The translations under genes and the position numbers were made by a program. The notes under the pieces were generated by a model that saw nothing but the letters and a program-made list of their open reading frames with translations, ran no database searches and was not told where the DNA came from. A DNA stretch of 64,000 bases from Candidatus Cryptobacteroides faecipullorum. GTDB taxonomy: Bacteria; Bacteroidota; Bacteroidia; Bacteroidales; UBA932. This document shows, in pieces, positions 25,099-34,313 of the stretch; positions within the stretch are counted from its first letter, which is position 1, and every line of letters starts with the position of its first letter. The stretch lies in assembly GCA_017694885.1 (NCBI GenBank), contig JADIMH010000007.1, forward strand, positions 244 to 64,243, read 5' to 3'.

Positions 25099-25325
25099 GT
25101 GCCAGGTGGACGGCAGGAAAAGCTACCTGGAACGCTTTCGCGGGAATTCCGTGCCAGGTGGGAGGCAGAGAAAGACACCTGCCACGCTTTTGCGGGGATT
25201 CCGTGCCAGGTGGACGGCGGAGAAGAGGCACCTGGAACGCTTTTGCGGGGAAACCGTGCCAGGTGGACGGCAGGAAGTGACACCTGAAACGCTTTTGCAG
25301 GAATACCGTGGCAGGTGGGAGGCAA
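25099..25325 (+). repeat. Tandem array of 4.5 copies of a 52-53 bp unit, each containing a hairpin
   Basis: Units start at 25099, 25151, 25203, 25256 and 25308. The consensus is GTGCCAGGTGGACGGCAGGAA..(C)ACCTGGAACGCTTTTGCGGGGAAWYCC, and CCAGGTG...CACCTGG forms a stem in each unit. Confidence 0.9.
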
Positions 25326-25688
25326 ATTTATCCGATACGGGACGGGACAGCGCAATGAAAATGAAAATCATGGAAAATCTTTTACTTTTCGTGGTTAATT
25401 CATATTTTCGCCGCGCAAAAAAATGGAAGCATGCAAACCATGGATGAGACAGGCACGGAAGGGATAACTTTCCTGGACTCGACAAGGGATTTTCATTGAG
25501 CAGGACAGCAAGGTCCTGTAAGGCAAGACAGATCTTGTAAGACAGATCTTGTGTCTTGATGTTTTTCGTCCGTATCCTATTCCGGCAAGTATGTGAAGAA
25601 GCATCCGGGAATCCCGCCGTCGGAATACAGGAGAAAGATAAAACGGCATTCAGACAAGGCCAGTCAAATCCATAAAACCCCAAAGGCT

Positions 25689-26915
25689 ATGATGCACAAC
25701 AACATATTAGACAAAATCAAAGGCCATCCGCACATCGTTGAAGGGACAGCGTATCCAATCCTTTTCGCTATAGGCATGTGCCACCTGCTAAATGACATGG
25801 TACAGTCGGTGGTTCCTGCCGTTTACCCTCTTCTGAAAGACAAGTTCGGGTTCACGTTCGCCCAGATCGGAATAATCACGTTCGTCTACCAGATGACCTC
25901 ATCGATATTCCAGCCTTTCGTAGGCCAATATGCGGACAGACATCCGCAGCCGTATTTCATGACTTTGGGAATGGGATTCATGATACTCGGGATCATGATG
26001 CTGGCATATGCCTCGGACTTCGCCATAATCCTGCTTGCCGTTGCGATCATCGGCTGCGGATCATCGGTTTTCCACCCGGAAGCCTCCAGAGTGGCGCAGC
26101 TTGCTTCCGGAGGTAAAAAGAGCCTCGCACAGTCCATTTTCCAGGTGGGAGGCAACGGAGGAAGTTCCGTAGGGCCTTTACTCGCGGCAATGATAGTAAT
26201 CCCCTACGGACAGCATGCGATAGGCTGGTTCGTTGTGGCGGCACTGATTGCAACCGTACTGCTTACAAGGATAGGAGCATGGTACAGCCTGTTGCTCTCG
26301 GAAGTCAGGATATCGCACCGCAAGATAACCAACGGCGTATGCAACCTGCCCGAAAAGACCGTCAACATGGCGATGGGGATACTTATATTGATGATATTCT
26401 CCAAATACTTCTTCAACGCATGCATGACCAGCTACTTCACTTTTTACCTGATAGAAAAGTTCGGTGTGTCCATACAGGCATCGCAGGTATGCCTTTTCGC
26501 ATATCTGGCGGCATTCGCCATAGGGACTCTCGCCGGAGGCTTCCTTGGGGACAGATACGGACGCAAATACGTGATACTGTTCTCCATACTCGGAGCCGCT
26601 CCGTTTACTCTCGTCATGCCCTACCTGAACCTTGCATGGACGATAGTCGCGTCTGTCATCACAGGACTTGTCATAGCATCGGCGTTTTCGGCCATCGTGG
26701 TCTATGCCACTGACCTCAAGCCGGACAAAGTGGGGCTGGTTTCCGGCATATTCTTCGGGCTGATGTTCGGACTCGGCGGGATAGGTTCCGCATTTTTCGG
26801 ATGGCTTGCCGACCTGACAAGCATCGAATTCATTTTCAAGGTCAGCACATGGCTGCCGCTTATGGGCATCATAGCATTGTTTCTCCCGAATGTAAAACCG
26901 GCCGGAGCCGCCTGA
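25689..26915 (+). CDS. MFS transporter (Fsr/fosmidomycin-resistance-like subfamily)
   Basis: It has 12 predicted TM helices and 'CHLLNDMVQSVVPAVYPLLKDKFGFT...FQPFVGQYADR'. Confidence 0.75.
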   Translation: MMHNNILDKIKGHPHIVEGTAYPILFAIGMCHLLNDMVQSVVPAVYPLLKDKFGFTFAQIGIITFVYQMTSSIFQPFVGQYADRHPQPYFMTLGMGFMILGIMMLAYASDFAIILLAVAIIGCGSSVFHPEASRVAQLASGGKKSLAQSIFQVGGNGGSSVGPLLAAMIVIPYGQHAIGWFVVAALIATVLLTRIGAWYSLLLSEVRISHRKITNGVCNLPEKTVNMAMGILILMIFSKYFFNACMTSYFTFYLIEKFGVSIQASQVCLFAYLAAFAIGTLAGGFLGDRYGRKYVILFSILGAAPFTLVMPYLNLAWTIVASVITGLVIASAFSAIVVYATDLKPDKVGLVSGIFFGLMFGLGGIGSAFFGWLADLTSIEFIFKVSTWLPLMGIIALFLPNVKPAGAA

Positions 26916-27032
26916 TACGCATTCCTGCAGCAATTTGCCGGTCCTTAACGGAAGGCATTCCGGTTTTCCTGTCGAATACGCAAAAAAGCAGGCTGAAACC
27001 GTTGGAAACAGGGATTTTCCACAGAATTTTAT

Positions 27033-27040
27033 TAACTTTG
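27033..27040 (+). promoter_or_regulatory. -7 promoter box (TAACTTTG)
   Basis: It lies 31 nt upstream of the ATG at 27071. Confidence 0.4.
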
Positions 27041-27070
27041 ATGCGGATGGACCATTATCCCTGATAAAAC

Positions 27071-28138
27071 ATGAGAAATTCCAAAATATTCCTGGTCATA
27101 ACGGCATTGCTGCTATGCTTATCCTGTGAAAAAATCACCAAGACCACAGAAAGAGACGAATTGCCTGCACCGGATTACAATGGTATAATTCCAATATACC
27201 GCTTTTATATCGGAGAGCCGATGGCGGCAGGTTTCATTCTTCTGAATGCAATCGAACAATATTATGCAGATGACAATAAAGCAGATCCTGCAAAAGTGCT
27301 GAGCCCGGATTCAGACATGATTTCCGAATGCCAGAAAAAACTATTCGAGAATGCATGTATCAACAACATAAGATTCCGGGAAAATTACAATGACCTGCTC
27401 GACAATAGCATGATGGCCTGCTGCGATGTTTTCAATGCCCTGCTGTACTATAACATAATCGTTGCGTGGGGGGATTTCCCGTACGCTGAAAATTCATCTG
27501 CGGCGCTGGACAGGGAAAACGCAGTCCGGAACAATTCAAGAAATATCCTGACTGCACTTGCAGATGACCTTGAAAAGGCAATGGCATGCCTGGAAGACAA
27601 AAGGTACCCATACGATGATCCTAATGAATCAATGTCCGTGTCAAAGGATATAGCACGCATACTTCTCGCGGACATACATATGTATCTGGGCGAATATTCC
27701 AAGGCCGGAACGCTGCTGAAACAGGTCATCGACAGCGGATATTACAGTCTGGAAGGGAACGGTTCCGTAATCCTGGGCCTGTATGCCGGCATTCCGGAAT
27801 CAGATTCATATCCCGATATCCTGCTGCAGACCTATGCCGGAGTCATGCTCTCGTATGCAGAATGCCTTTACGTCCAGAATGATCTGCAGGATGCAGAAGA
27901 TTGTCTGAAACAGGTGCTCGAATCCTCGGGCCTGGCTTCAGACTATGATGACATACTGTCAGGAATCGCATCAGCCAGAATGAAGCTGCTCGATGACTGC
28001 GTAGGAAATTTCGCATTCATGAAAAGGAGCGGATTGTTTTCATCATGGTATGGCATGGACGAGACCTATATGCTGCTGCCCTTGCCTAACGATATGCTTG
28101 TGACATATTCGGGCTTCATGCAGAATCCGGGATATTGA
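27071..28138 (+). CDS. Helical lipoprotein, possibly a short SusD/RagB-like protein
   Basis: It has lipoprotein signal 'LLCLSCEK' and TPR-like segments 'ADIHMYLGEYSKAGTLLKQVIDSG' and 'LSYAECLYVQNDLQDAE'. There is no adjacent SusC, and it is short for the family. Confidence 0.4.
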   Translation: MRNSKIFLVITALLLCLSCEKITKTTERDELPAPDYNGIIPIYRFYIGEPMAAGFILLNAIEQYYADDNKADPAKVLSPDSDMISECQKKLFENACINNIRFRENYNDLLDNSMMACCDVFNALLYYNIIVAWGDFPYAENSSAALDRENAVRNNSRNILTALADDLEKAMACLEDKRYPYDDPNESMSVSKDIARILLADIHMYLGEYSKAGTLLKQVIDSGYYSLEGNGSVILGLYAGIPESDSYPDILLQTYAGVMLSYAECLYVQNDLQDAEDCLKQVLESSGLASDYDDILSGIASARMKLLDDCVGNFAFMKRSGLFSSWYGMDETYMLLPLPNDMLVTYSGFMQNPGY

Positions 28139-28178
28139 AAGAAAAGAAGGGAAAGAATACGTAGTGCATAAATCAGAA

Positions 28179-29147
28179 ATGGAAACCTGTAAACAGGACA
28201 ATATACACAAACAGATACTCAGAGCCTCTTACGGGAGCATTATCGGAAACGGTGTGCTTTCAGTGGCAAAGTTAGTGACCGGTGCCGTCAGCGGAAGTTT
28301 TGCGGTAGTGAGCGACGGAATAGACTCGGCTTCTGACGTCGCCATATCTGCCGTCATTGCCGTAACGGCCAAGATAATGGAGAAAAGGCCCAATACCAAA
28401 TACGCCTACGGCTACGCAAAAGCAGAATCCATCGCCACCAAGATACTTTCCATGGCCATATTCTTTGCCGGAGGCCAGATGCTTTTCTCCGCTGTAGGAC
28501 ACCTCTTTTCCGGCGAGCCGCGCGAAATGCCTGGAATGATAGCGGTATATGTTACCATAGCATCGATCGTCTGCAAGCTGCTGCTTTCGCTTTACCAGAC
28601 CGGAGTAGGACGAAAGACCGGTTCTTCCATGCTGATAGCCAATGGAATAAACATGCGCAACGACGTGATCATCTCATTGAGTGTCCTCATAGGCCTGTTC
28701 TTTTCATTCGTTCTGGACATGCCGGTATTCGACTCCATTACGGCTCTTCTGGTCAGCTGTTTCATAATCCGCTCTGCCATCAAGATATTCATGGACTCGA
28801 ATGTCGAGCTTATGGACGGGGTGAAGGACACATCGGTCTATCAGAAAATTTTCGATGCCATAAACTCCGTGGAAGGCGTCGGCAACCCGCACAGGGTCCG
28901 CTCGCGCAGCATCGGTGGCAAATACATGATTACGCTCGATATGGAGGCAGACGGCAACATGACCCTATCGCAGGCCCACGCCCTGGCAAACAAGGTAGAA
29001 CAGAACATACGCAACAGTATTCCTGAAGTCTACGACATAGTAGTACATCTGGAACCATACGGGACCTGTCCCGAAAATGTTTTCGGATTGAATGGAAATC
29101 CATCGGATCCGGAAACCGGGCCGAAAACACGCGGCAAAAGGAAATAG
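28179..29147 (+). CDS. Cation diffusion facilitator (CDF) family transporter (the ORF is also open from a GTG at 28164)
   Basis: It has six TM helices, 'DGIDSASDV' in TM2 and a C-terminal cytoplasmic domain ending 'VVHLEP'. Confidence 0.82.
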   Translation: METCKQDNIHKQILRASYGSIIGNGVLSVAKLVTGAVSGSFAVVSDGIDSASDVAISAVIAVTAKIMEKRPNTKYAYGYAKAESIATKILSMAIFFAGGQMLFSAVGHLFSGEPREMPGMIAVYVTIASIVCKLLLSLYQTGVGRKTGSSMLIANGINMRNDVIISLSVLIGLFFSFVLDMPVFDSITALLVSCFIIRSAIKIFMDSNVELMDGVKDTSVYQKIFDAINSVEGVGNPHRVRSRSIGGKYMITLDMEADGNMTLSQAHALANKVEQNIRNSIPEVYDIVVHLEPYGTCPENVFGLNGNPSDPETGPKTRGKRK

Positions 29148-29149
29148 CG

Positions 29150-29866
29150 ATGCTTGAAGATATCATACTGATAGCGGCCGGTCTCTTCTCAGGCCTCATT
29201 TCCGGGACTGTAGGTTTCGGAGGCAGCCTTATACTGTTGCCCCTGATCACATCTTTTTCCGGGATTGAGGTCGCTGTCCCCATGGCTACCGTCTCGCAGC
29301 TTCTGAGCAATATCTTCAGGATGGGAGCCGGGTTCAAGTCCATCCGCTGGCGTCAGGTCGGGCTTTTCCTGATCCCGGCCGTTCCGCTTACCGTTATAGG
29401 CGCATATGGATTCATAGTAGTCCCCAAAGAGACGATGACCAGGATATTGAGCCTGATGCTCATCATATTCGCATTGCTGGAAATATATGAAAAGATCCAG
29501 CTTCCCCGTTCAAGGTGGACAATGCTCGTCGGAGGCGGGATATCCGGAGTCATCAACGGACTTCTTTGCCTCTCGGGCCCTGTCAGCAGTGCGGTTTTCC
29601 TCACTCTCGGACTCGCTCCGGTAGCCTATATTGCCACCGAAGCCGCATCTGCGACCCTGATGCATGTAGTACAGATGGTCATGTACGGAGAATTCGACCT
29701 GCTGAACATCCATGTCCTCAGGGACGGCATCTATATCGGAGTTGCCATGTCGGCCGGGAACTTCATCGCAATGAAAAACATAAGGAAAATCAAGCGTAAA
29801 AGTTTCAGGAAAATAGTCGCCGCAGTAATGATAGCCGCTTCCGCATGGCTTTTCTTCTCTGTCTGA
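29150..29866 (+). CDS. TauE/SafE-family anion exporter
   Basis: This 238-aa polytopic membrane protein has the duplicated 'G(F)GGSLILLPL'-type motif. Confidence 0.75.
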   Translation: MLEDIILIAAGLFSGLISGTVGFGGSLILLPLITSFSGIEVAVPMATVSQLLSNIFRMGAGFKSIRWRQVGLFLIPAVPLTVIGAYGFIVVPKETMTRILSLMLIIFALLEIYEKIQLPRSRWTMLVGGGISGVINGLLCLSGPVSSAVFLTLGLAPVAYIATEAASATLMHVVQMVMYGEFDLLNIHVLRDGIYIGVAMSAGNFIAMKNIRKIKRKSFRKIVAAVMIAASAWLFFSV

Positions 29867-29933
29867 CCGCCGTCCGGGACAGTGGAGGTTGCCGGCAGAC
29901 ATGTAGCTTTGTAAAGACTGTATTGTCAGAAAA

Positions 29934-31013
29934 ATGAAAGACCTGGTCAGAAAATTACATAAAGAAAGAAGACTCGAGGCCTGTGAATACAGGTCTCTGC
30001 TTTTATGCGAGGACCGGGAAACCATTGAGAGTCTGCACGAAGCAGCCAGGGAAACGGCTGTGGAGAGATTCGGCAAGAACATATACATCAGAGGACTGAT
30101 AGAAATCACCAACATCTGCCGCAACGACTGCCTTTACTGCGGCATACGGAAAAGCAACGGTAACATATCCAGGTACATGCTGTCAGATGAAGAAATCCTG
30201 GAATGCTGCCGTTACGGATACGGACTCGGGTTCCGGACATTCGTCCTCCAGGGAGGGGAACTCCCGGAAAGCGCTGACAGTAAGACAGTAACCCTGTGCA
30301 GGGCAATACACGGAGAGTTCCCGGACTGTGCCATAACACTTTCCATCGGAGAACGTTTCCCGGACAGTTACCGAAGGTTCCGTGAAGCCGGAGCGACACG
30401 GTATCTCCTCCGCCATGAAACGCATAATCCGGAACATTATTCCAGGCTCCACCCGGAGGGAATGACGATAGGAAACAGGCTGCATTGCCTGGATATTCTG
30501 AAAGAATACGGCTACCAGACAGGTACAGGCATCATGGTCGGAAGTCCGTTCCAGAGCGCAGACAATATTGTCGAAGACATCATTTACATAGAAAAGTTCA
30601 GACCTGAAATGATCGGCCTCGGTCCGTTCATCCCCCATAAGGATACGGTATTTGCAGATTATTGGAAAACAACTACTTCCATACTTCCGGAGAAAAGCCA
30701 TAAAGAGGAAGGGCTGGACCTGACGCTGAAGCTAATATCCGTTTTCCGGCTGATGCTTCCTGACAGCCTCATCCCTGCAACTACGGCACTTGCGACTCTC
30801 GTTCCCGACGGACATGAAAAAGGAATCCTTGCCGGGGCAAACGTAATAATGCCGAACCTCTCTCCGCCACGGGTGCGGGGCAACTATTCTCTGTATGATA
30901 ATAAAGCCTCGAGCGGAGCCGAAGCTGCCGAAGGGCTTGGAAACCTGAAAGTACAGTTGGAAAGAATCGGCTACAATATAGTAACGGACCGCGGAGACTT
31001 CCGCACCACATGA
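29934..31013 (+). CDS. hydE: [FeFe] hydrogenase H-cluster radical SAM maturase HydE
   Basis: It has the radical SAM motif 'CRNDCLYCGIR'. It sits in a BioB-like context next to hydG and hydF. Confidence 0.88.
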   Translation: MKDLVRKLHKERRLEACEYRSLLLCEDRETIESLHEAARETAVERFGKNIYIRGLIEITNICRNDCLYCGIRKSNGNISRYMLSDEEILECCRYGYGLGFRTFVLQGGELPESADSKTVTLCRAIHGEFPDCAITLSIGERFPDSYRRFREAGATRYLLRHETHNPEHYSRLHPEGMTIGNRLHCLDILKEYGYQTGTGIMVGSPFQSADNIVEDIIYIEKFRPEMIGLGPFIPHKDTVFADYWKTTTSILPEKSHKEEGLDLTLKLISVFRLMLPDSLIPATTALATLVPDGHEKGILAGANVIMPNLSPPRVRGNYSLYDNKASSGAEAAEGLGNLKVQLERIGYNIVTDRGDFRTT

Positions 31014-31041
31014 CCAAGTGACAGTATAGAAACAATTAAAA

Positions 31042-32496
31042 ATGAACCACATACCATATAACCCGGCTTCAGGGAAGGCCGAAGAATTCATCAATCACGA
31101 GGAAATCCTCGATACCATAGACTATGCCGCAGCCCACAGGAATGACAGGGCGCTTGTAGAGAGTATCCTGAAAAAAGCCGCTGAATGCCGTGGACTCTCG
31201 CACAGGGAGGCGGCCGTAATGATGGAGTGCAACGAACCAGAGCTGGTCGGCAGGATGTTCAGGCTCGCAAAGGAAATCAAAAGGAAATTCTACGGGAACA
31301 GGATAGTGATGTTCGCACCGCTGTACCTTTCCGACTGGTGTGTAAACGGCTGTGTATATTGTCCTTACCACGCAAAAAACAGACATATCCTCAGAAAGAA
31401 GCTCTCGCAGGATGAAATCCGCAGGGAAGTCGTCGCCCTGCAGGACATGGGACACAAGAGACTGGCGATCGAGTCCGGTGAAGACCCGGTGCACAACCCC
31501 ATTGAATACATTCTCGAATCCATATCGACCATTTACGGGACACATCACCGCAACGGGGCAATCCGCAGGGCGAATGTGAATATAGCTGCCACTACCATAG
31601 AGAACTATAGGAAACTGAAGGACGCCGGTATCGGCACTTACATACTTTTCCAGGAGACTTACCACAAGACGGACTATGAAGCCCTCCACCCGACAGGTCC
31701 GAAAAGCGACTACGCCTGGCATACTGAAGCTATGGACAGGGCAATGCAGGGCGGGATAGACGATGTGGGGATAGGGGTGCTTTTCGGCCTGGACACCTAC
31801 AGATATGACCTCACAGGACTTTTCATGCACGCAGAACATCTCGAGGCCCGTTTCGGAGTAGGTCCGCACACGATAAGCGTGCCGAGGATATGCCCCGCAG
31901 ATGATATCGATACAAAGGATTTCCCGAATGCCGTGCCGGATGATGTGTTCTGCCGTATAGTGGCTGTCATCAGGCTTGCCGTGCCGTATACAGGAATGAT
32001 CATTTCCACCAGAGAGTCGCAGCGTGTAAGGGAAAGGGTCCTGGAGCTGGGAATTTCCCAGATCAGCGGAGGCTCGAAGACCAGCGTGGGAGGCTATGCT
32101 GACGAGCTGGACAGGAAGGCAGGCAAGAGCGTAGCCGATGAGGAAAACAGCGCCCAGTTCGACATCAGCGACAGCAGGACCCTGGACGAAGTGGTCGGCT
32201 GGCTTTTGGACATGGGACACATACCGAGCTTCTGCACCGCCTGCTACAGGGAAGGCCGCACCGGAGACAGGTTCATGTCACTGGTAAAGCGGGGCAAGAT
32301 CGCTGACTGCTGTCAGCCGAACGCCCTGATGACTCTCATGGAATATCTTCAGGACTACGCTTCACCGCAGACCAAGGCCAAAGGACTGGAAGCCATCCGC
32401 CGGGAACTTGCCCATATCGGCAGCGACAAGGTGCGTGACCTCACCGTCCGCCATCTGAAAGATATCGAAGAAGGCCTGCGGGACTTCAGGTTTTAA
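31042..32496 (+). CDS. hydG: [FeFe] hydrogenase H-cluster radical SAM maturase HydG
   Basis: It has 'CVNGCVYCPY' and the C-terminal Cys motif 'FCTACYREG...DCC'. Confidence 0.9.
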   Translation: MNHIPYNPASGKAEEFINHEEILDTIDYAAAHRNDRALVESILKKAAECRGLSHREAAVMMECNEPELVGRMFRLAKEIKRKFYGNRIVMFAPLYLSDWCVNGCVYCPYHAKNRHILRKKLSQDEIRREVVALQDMGHKRLAIESGEDPVHNPIEYILESISTIYGTHHRNGAIRRANVNIAATTIENYRKLKDAGIGTYILFQETYHKTDYEALHPTGPKSDYAWHTEAMDRAMQGGIDDVGIGVLFGLDTYRYDLTGLFMHAEHLEARFGVGPHTISVPRICPADDIDTKDFPNAVPDDVFCRIVAVIRLAVPYTGMIISTRESQRVRERVLELGISQISGGSKTSVGGYADELDRKAGKSVADEENSAQFDISDSRTLDEVVGWLLDMGHIPSFCTACYREGRTGDRFMSLVKRGKIADCCQPNALMTLMEYLQDYASPQTKAKGLEAIRRELAHIGSDKVRDLTVRHLKDIEEGLRDFRF

Positions 32497-32508
32497 ACAA
32501 AATCGGCA

Positions 32509-33780
32509 ATGAACAACACACCATCATCCGAAAGGCTTCACATAACGGTTTTCGGGAAACGGAATGCCGGGAAATCTTCACTGGTCAATGCGATAACGGG
32601 CCAGAAGGTTGCGCTTGTGTCCGATACTCCGGGAACTACGACAGATCCCGTGCACAAGGCGATGGAAATCCCGGGCATAGGACCATGCCTTTTCACGGAT
32701 ACCGCCGGGTTTGACGACGATGCAGCCGAGCTTGGAGACAAGAGGATCGGACTTACGGCCAAGGCTTTGGAAAAGACAGATATCGCACTGATGATTTTCC
32801 GGGATTGCGACGCAGTCGAAAAAGAATGGTACGGGAAACTGGTCCGTAAAGGCATACCTGTCATTCCTATAGTAAACATACCGTATCTTCCAGCTGACAG
32901 AAGACAGGCAATGACAGCAGACGAGAACCTGGCAGCTACGGCGGACACCGCCGGAAATACCGGATTCACCGAAAACAAGAATATCGGATCCCTAATAAAG
33001 GAAATCACCGGCCTCAGCAGAGAAAAAACCCTGATGGTCAATGCCTTGACAGGAGAAGGGACAGACTGCGTCATCCGGGCCATCCTGCGGAACATTCCCG
33101 AAGACTTCGGACATCATACGATTACTGGAAATCTGGCAAAAAGAGGCGATACCGTACTGCTGGTGATGCCCCAGGATATCCAGGCGCCTAAAGGCCGACT
33201 GATACTTCCTCAAGTCCAGACTTTGCGCGAGCTGCTTGACAAGGGATGCACCGTGGTCAGCTGTACCACCGGCCGAATCAAGGAATCTCTGGCAGGACTG
33301 GCTGCCCCTCCTGACCTCATAATAACCGATTCCCAGGCATTCCGGGAAGTCTGGGAAGCCAAACCTGCAGAAAGCGCTCTGACATCCTTTTCAATACTGT
33401 TCGCTGCCTACAAGGGCGATATACAGGCTTTCATGGAAGGCGCCCGCAGTCTGGAACGGCTTAACGGGAATTCAAGGATCCTCATCGCCGAAGCATGTAC
33501 GCACGCCCCGGCCTCAGAAGATATCGGAAGAGTGAAAATCCCAAAGATGCTGCGACAGAGATTCGGAGAAAGCATCGGTATAGATATGGTCAGCGGTACG
33601 GACTTCCCGGATGACCTTTCGCCATACAGTCTCATTATCCACTGCGGGGCATGCATGTTCAACCGCAGATATGTGCTCAGCAGAATTGAAGCCGCCGCAA
33701 AACAGAGAATCCCCATCACCAACTACGGCATCGCCATAGCCTGGCTGAAAGGGATTCTCGATAAGGTCGTCCGTCCTTAA
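32509..33780 (+). CDS. hydF: [FeFe] hydrogenase H-cluster maturation GTPase HydF
   Basis: It has P-loop 'GKRNAGKSS' and 'DTAG'. The C-terminal cluster ligands are 'EACTH' and 'HCGAC'. Confidence 0.9.
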   Translation: MNNTPSSERLHITVFGKRNAGKSSLVNAITGQKVALVSDTPGTTTDPVHKAMEIPGIGPCLFTDTAGFDDDAAELGDKRIGLTAKALEKTDIALMIFRDCDAVEKEWYGKLVRKGIPVIPIVNIPYLPADRRQAMTADENLAATADTAGNTGFTENKNIGSLIKEITGLSREKTLMVNALTGEGTDCVIRAILRNIPEDFGHHTITGNLAKRGDTVLLVMPQDIQAPKGRLILPQVQTLRELLDKGCTVVSCTTGRIKESLAGLAAPPDLIITDSQAFREVWEAKPAESALTSFSILFAAYKGDIQAFMEGARSLERLNGNSRILIAEACTHAPASEDIGRVKIPKMLRQRFGESIGIDMVSGTDFPDDLSPYSLIIHCGACMFNRRYVLSRIEAAAKQRIPITNYGIAIAWLKGILDKVVRP

Positions 33781-33801
33781 CACAATTATGGTGACTGAAT
33801 A

Positions 33802-34278
33802 TTATTCTAATTCATCTAAAATGCGCTTCACATCCACCGGCTGCAGCCTCCCGTAGACCTTGTCCCCGATCATGACCACTGGAGCAAGCCCGCAGGCCCC
33901 GACGCAGCGCAGGCAGTCAAGGGAAAACTTCCCGTCAGGGGTAGTCTGTCCGACATCGATTCCCAACACGCGCTTGAACTCGTCAAGAAGTTTTTCCGAA
34001 CCGCGGACATAACATGCCGTTCCCATACATACTGAAATAGGGTATTTGCCTTTGGCCGTCATGGTGAAAAAGGCATAGAAAGTCACTACGCCGTAAACCC
34101 TCGAGACAGGAATGTTGAGGCGTCTTGCTATCATACGTTGCATCTCCTCAGGAAGGTATCCCATAAGATGCTGGGCTTCATGAAGTATGTTGATGAGTTC
34201 GCCCGGATTGTCACCATGCTTTTCACAGATGGAATTCACCTTTTCGGCAACATCGCAAGGCAGTTTTATGTCTGACAT
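33802..34278 (-). CDS. hydC: NuoE-like [2Fe-2S] subunit of the multimeric [FeFe] hydrogenase (HydC)
   Basis: It has the thioredoxin-like 2Fe-2S pattern 'CMGTACYVRG...CLRCVGACGLAP'. Confidence 0.85.
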   Translation of the reverse strand: MSDIKLPCDVAEKVNSICEKHGDNPGELINILHEAQHLMGYLPEEMQRMIARRLNIPVSRVYGVVTFYAFFTMTAKGKYPISVCMGTACYVRGSEKLLDEFKRVLGIDVGQTTPDGKFSLDCLRCVGACGLAPVVMIGDKVYGRLQPVDVKRILDELE

Positions 34279-34313
34279 GATATTGTTTCCTGATTTATAG
34301 ATTAGTACTGTTT

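Noticed and set aside
25099-25325. The tandem array could be a CRISPR locus.
   Set aside because: The whole 52-bp unit repeats with no unique spacers of comparable length. Variation is confined to a hairpin loop. There are only 4.5 units and no cas genes in the window.
25123-25683. A 186-aa minus-strand ORF and several 60-110-aa ORFs span the repeat array. A similar case is ORF 38196-38396, whose product contains '...SYSESYSYSYS...'.
   Set aside because: They are generated by the repeats themselves. Their translations are repetitive or low-complexity, and they lack starts with plausible promoters.
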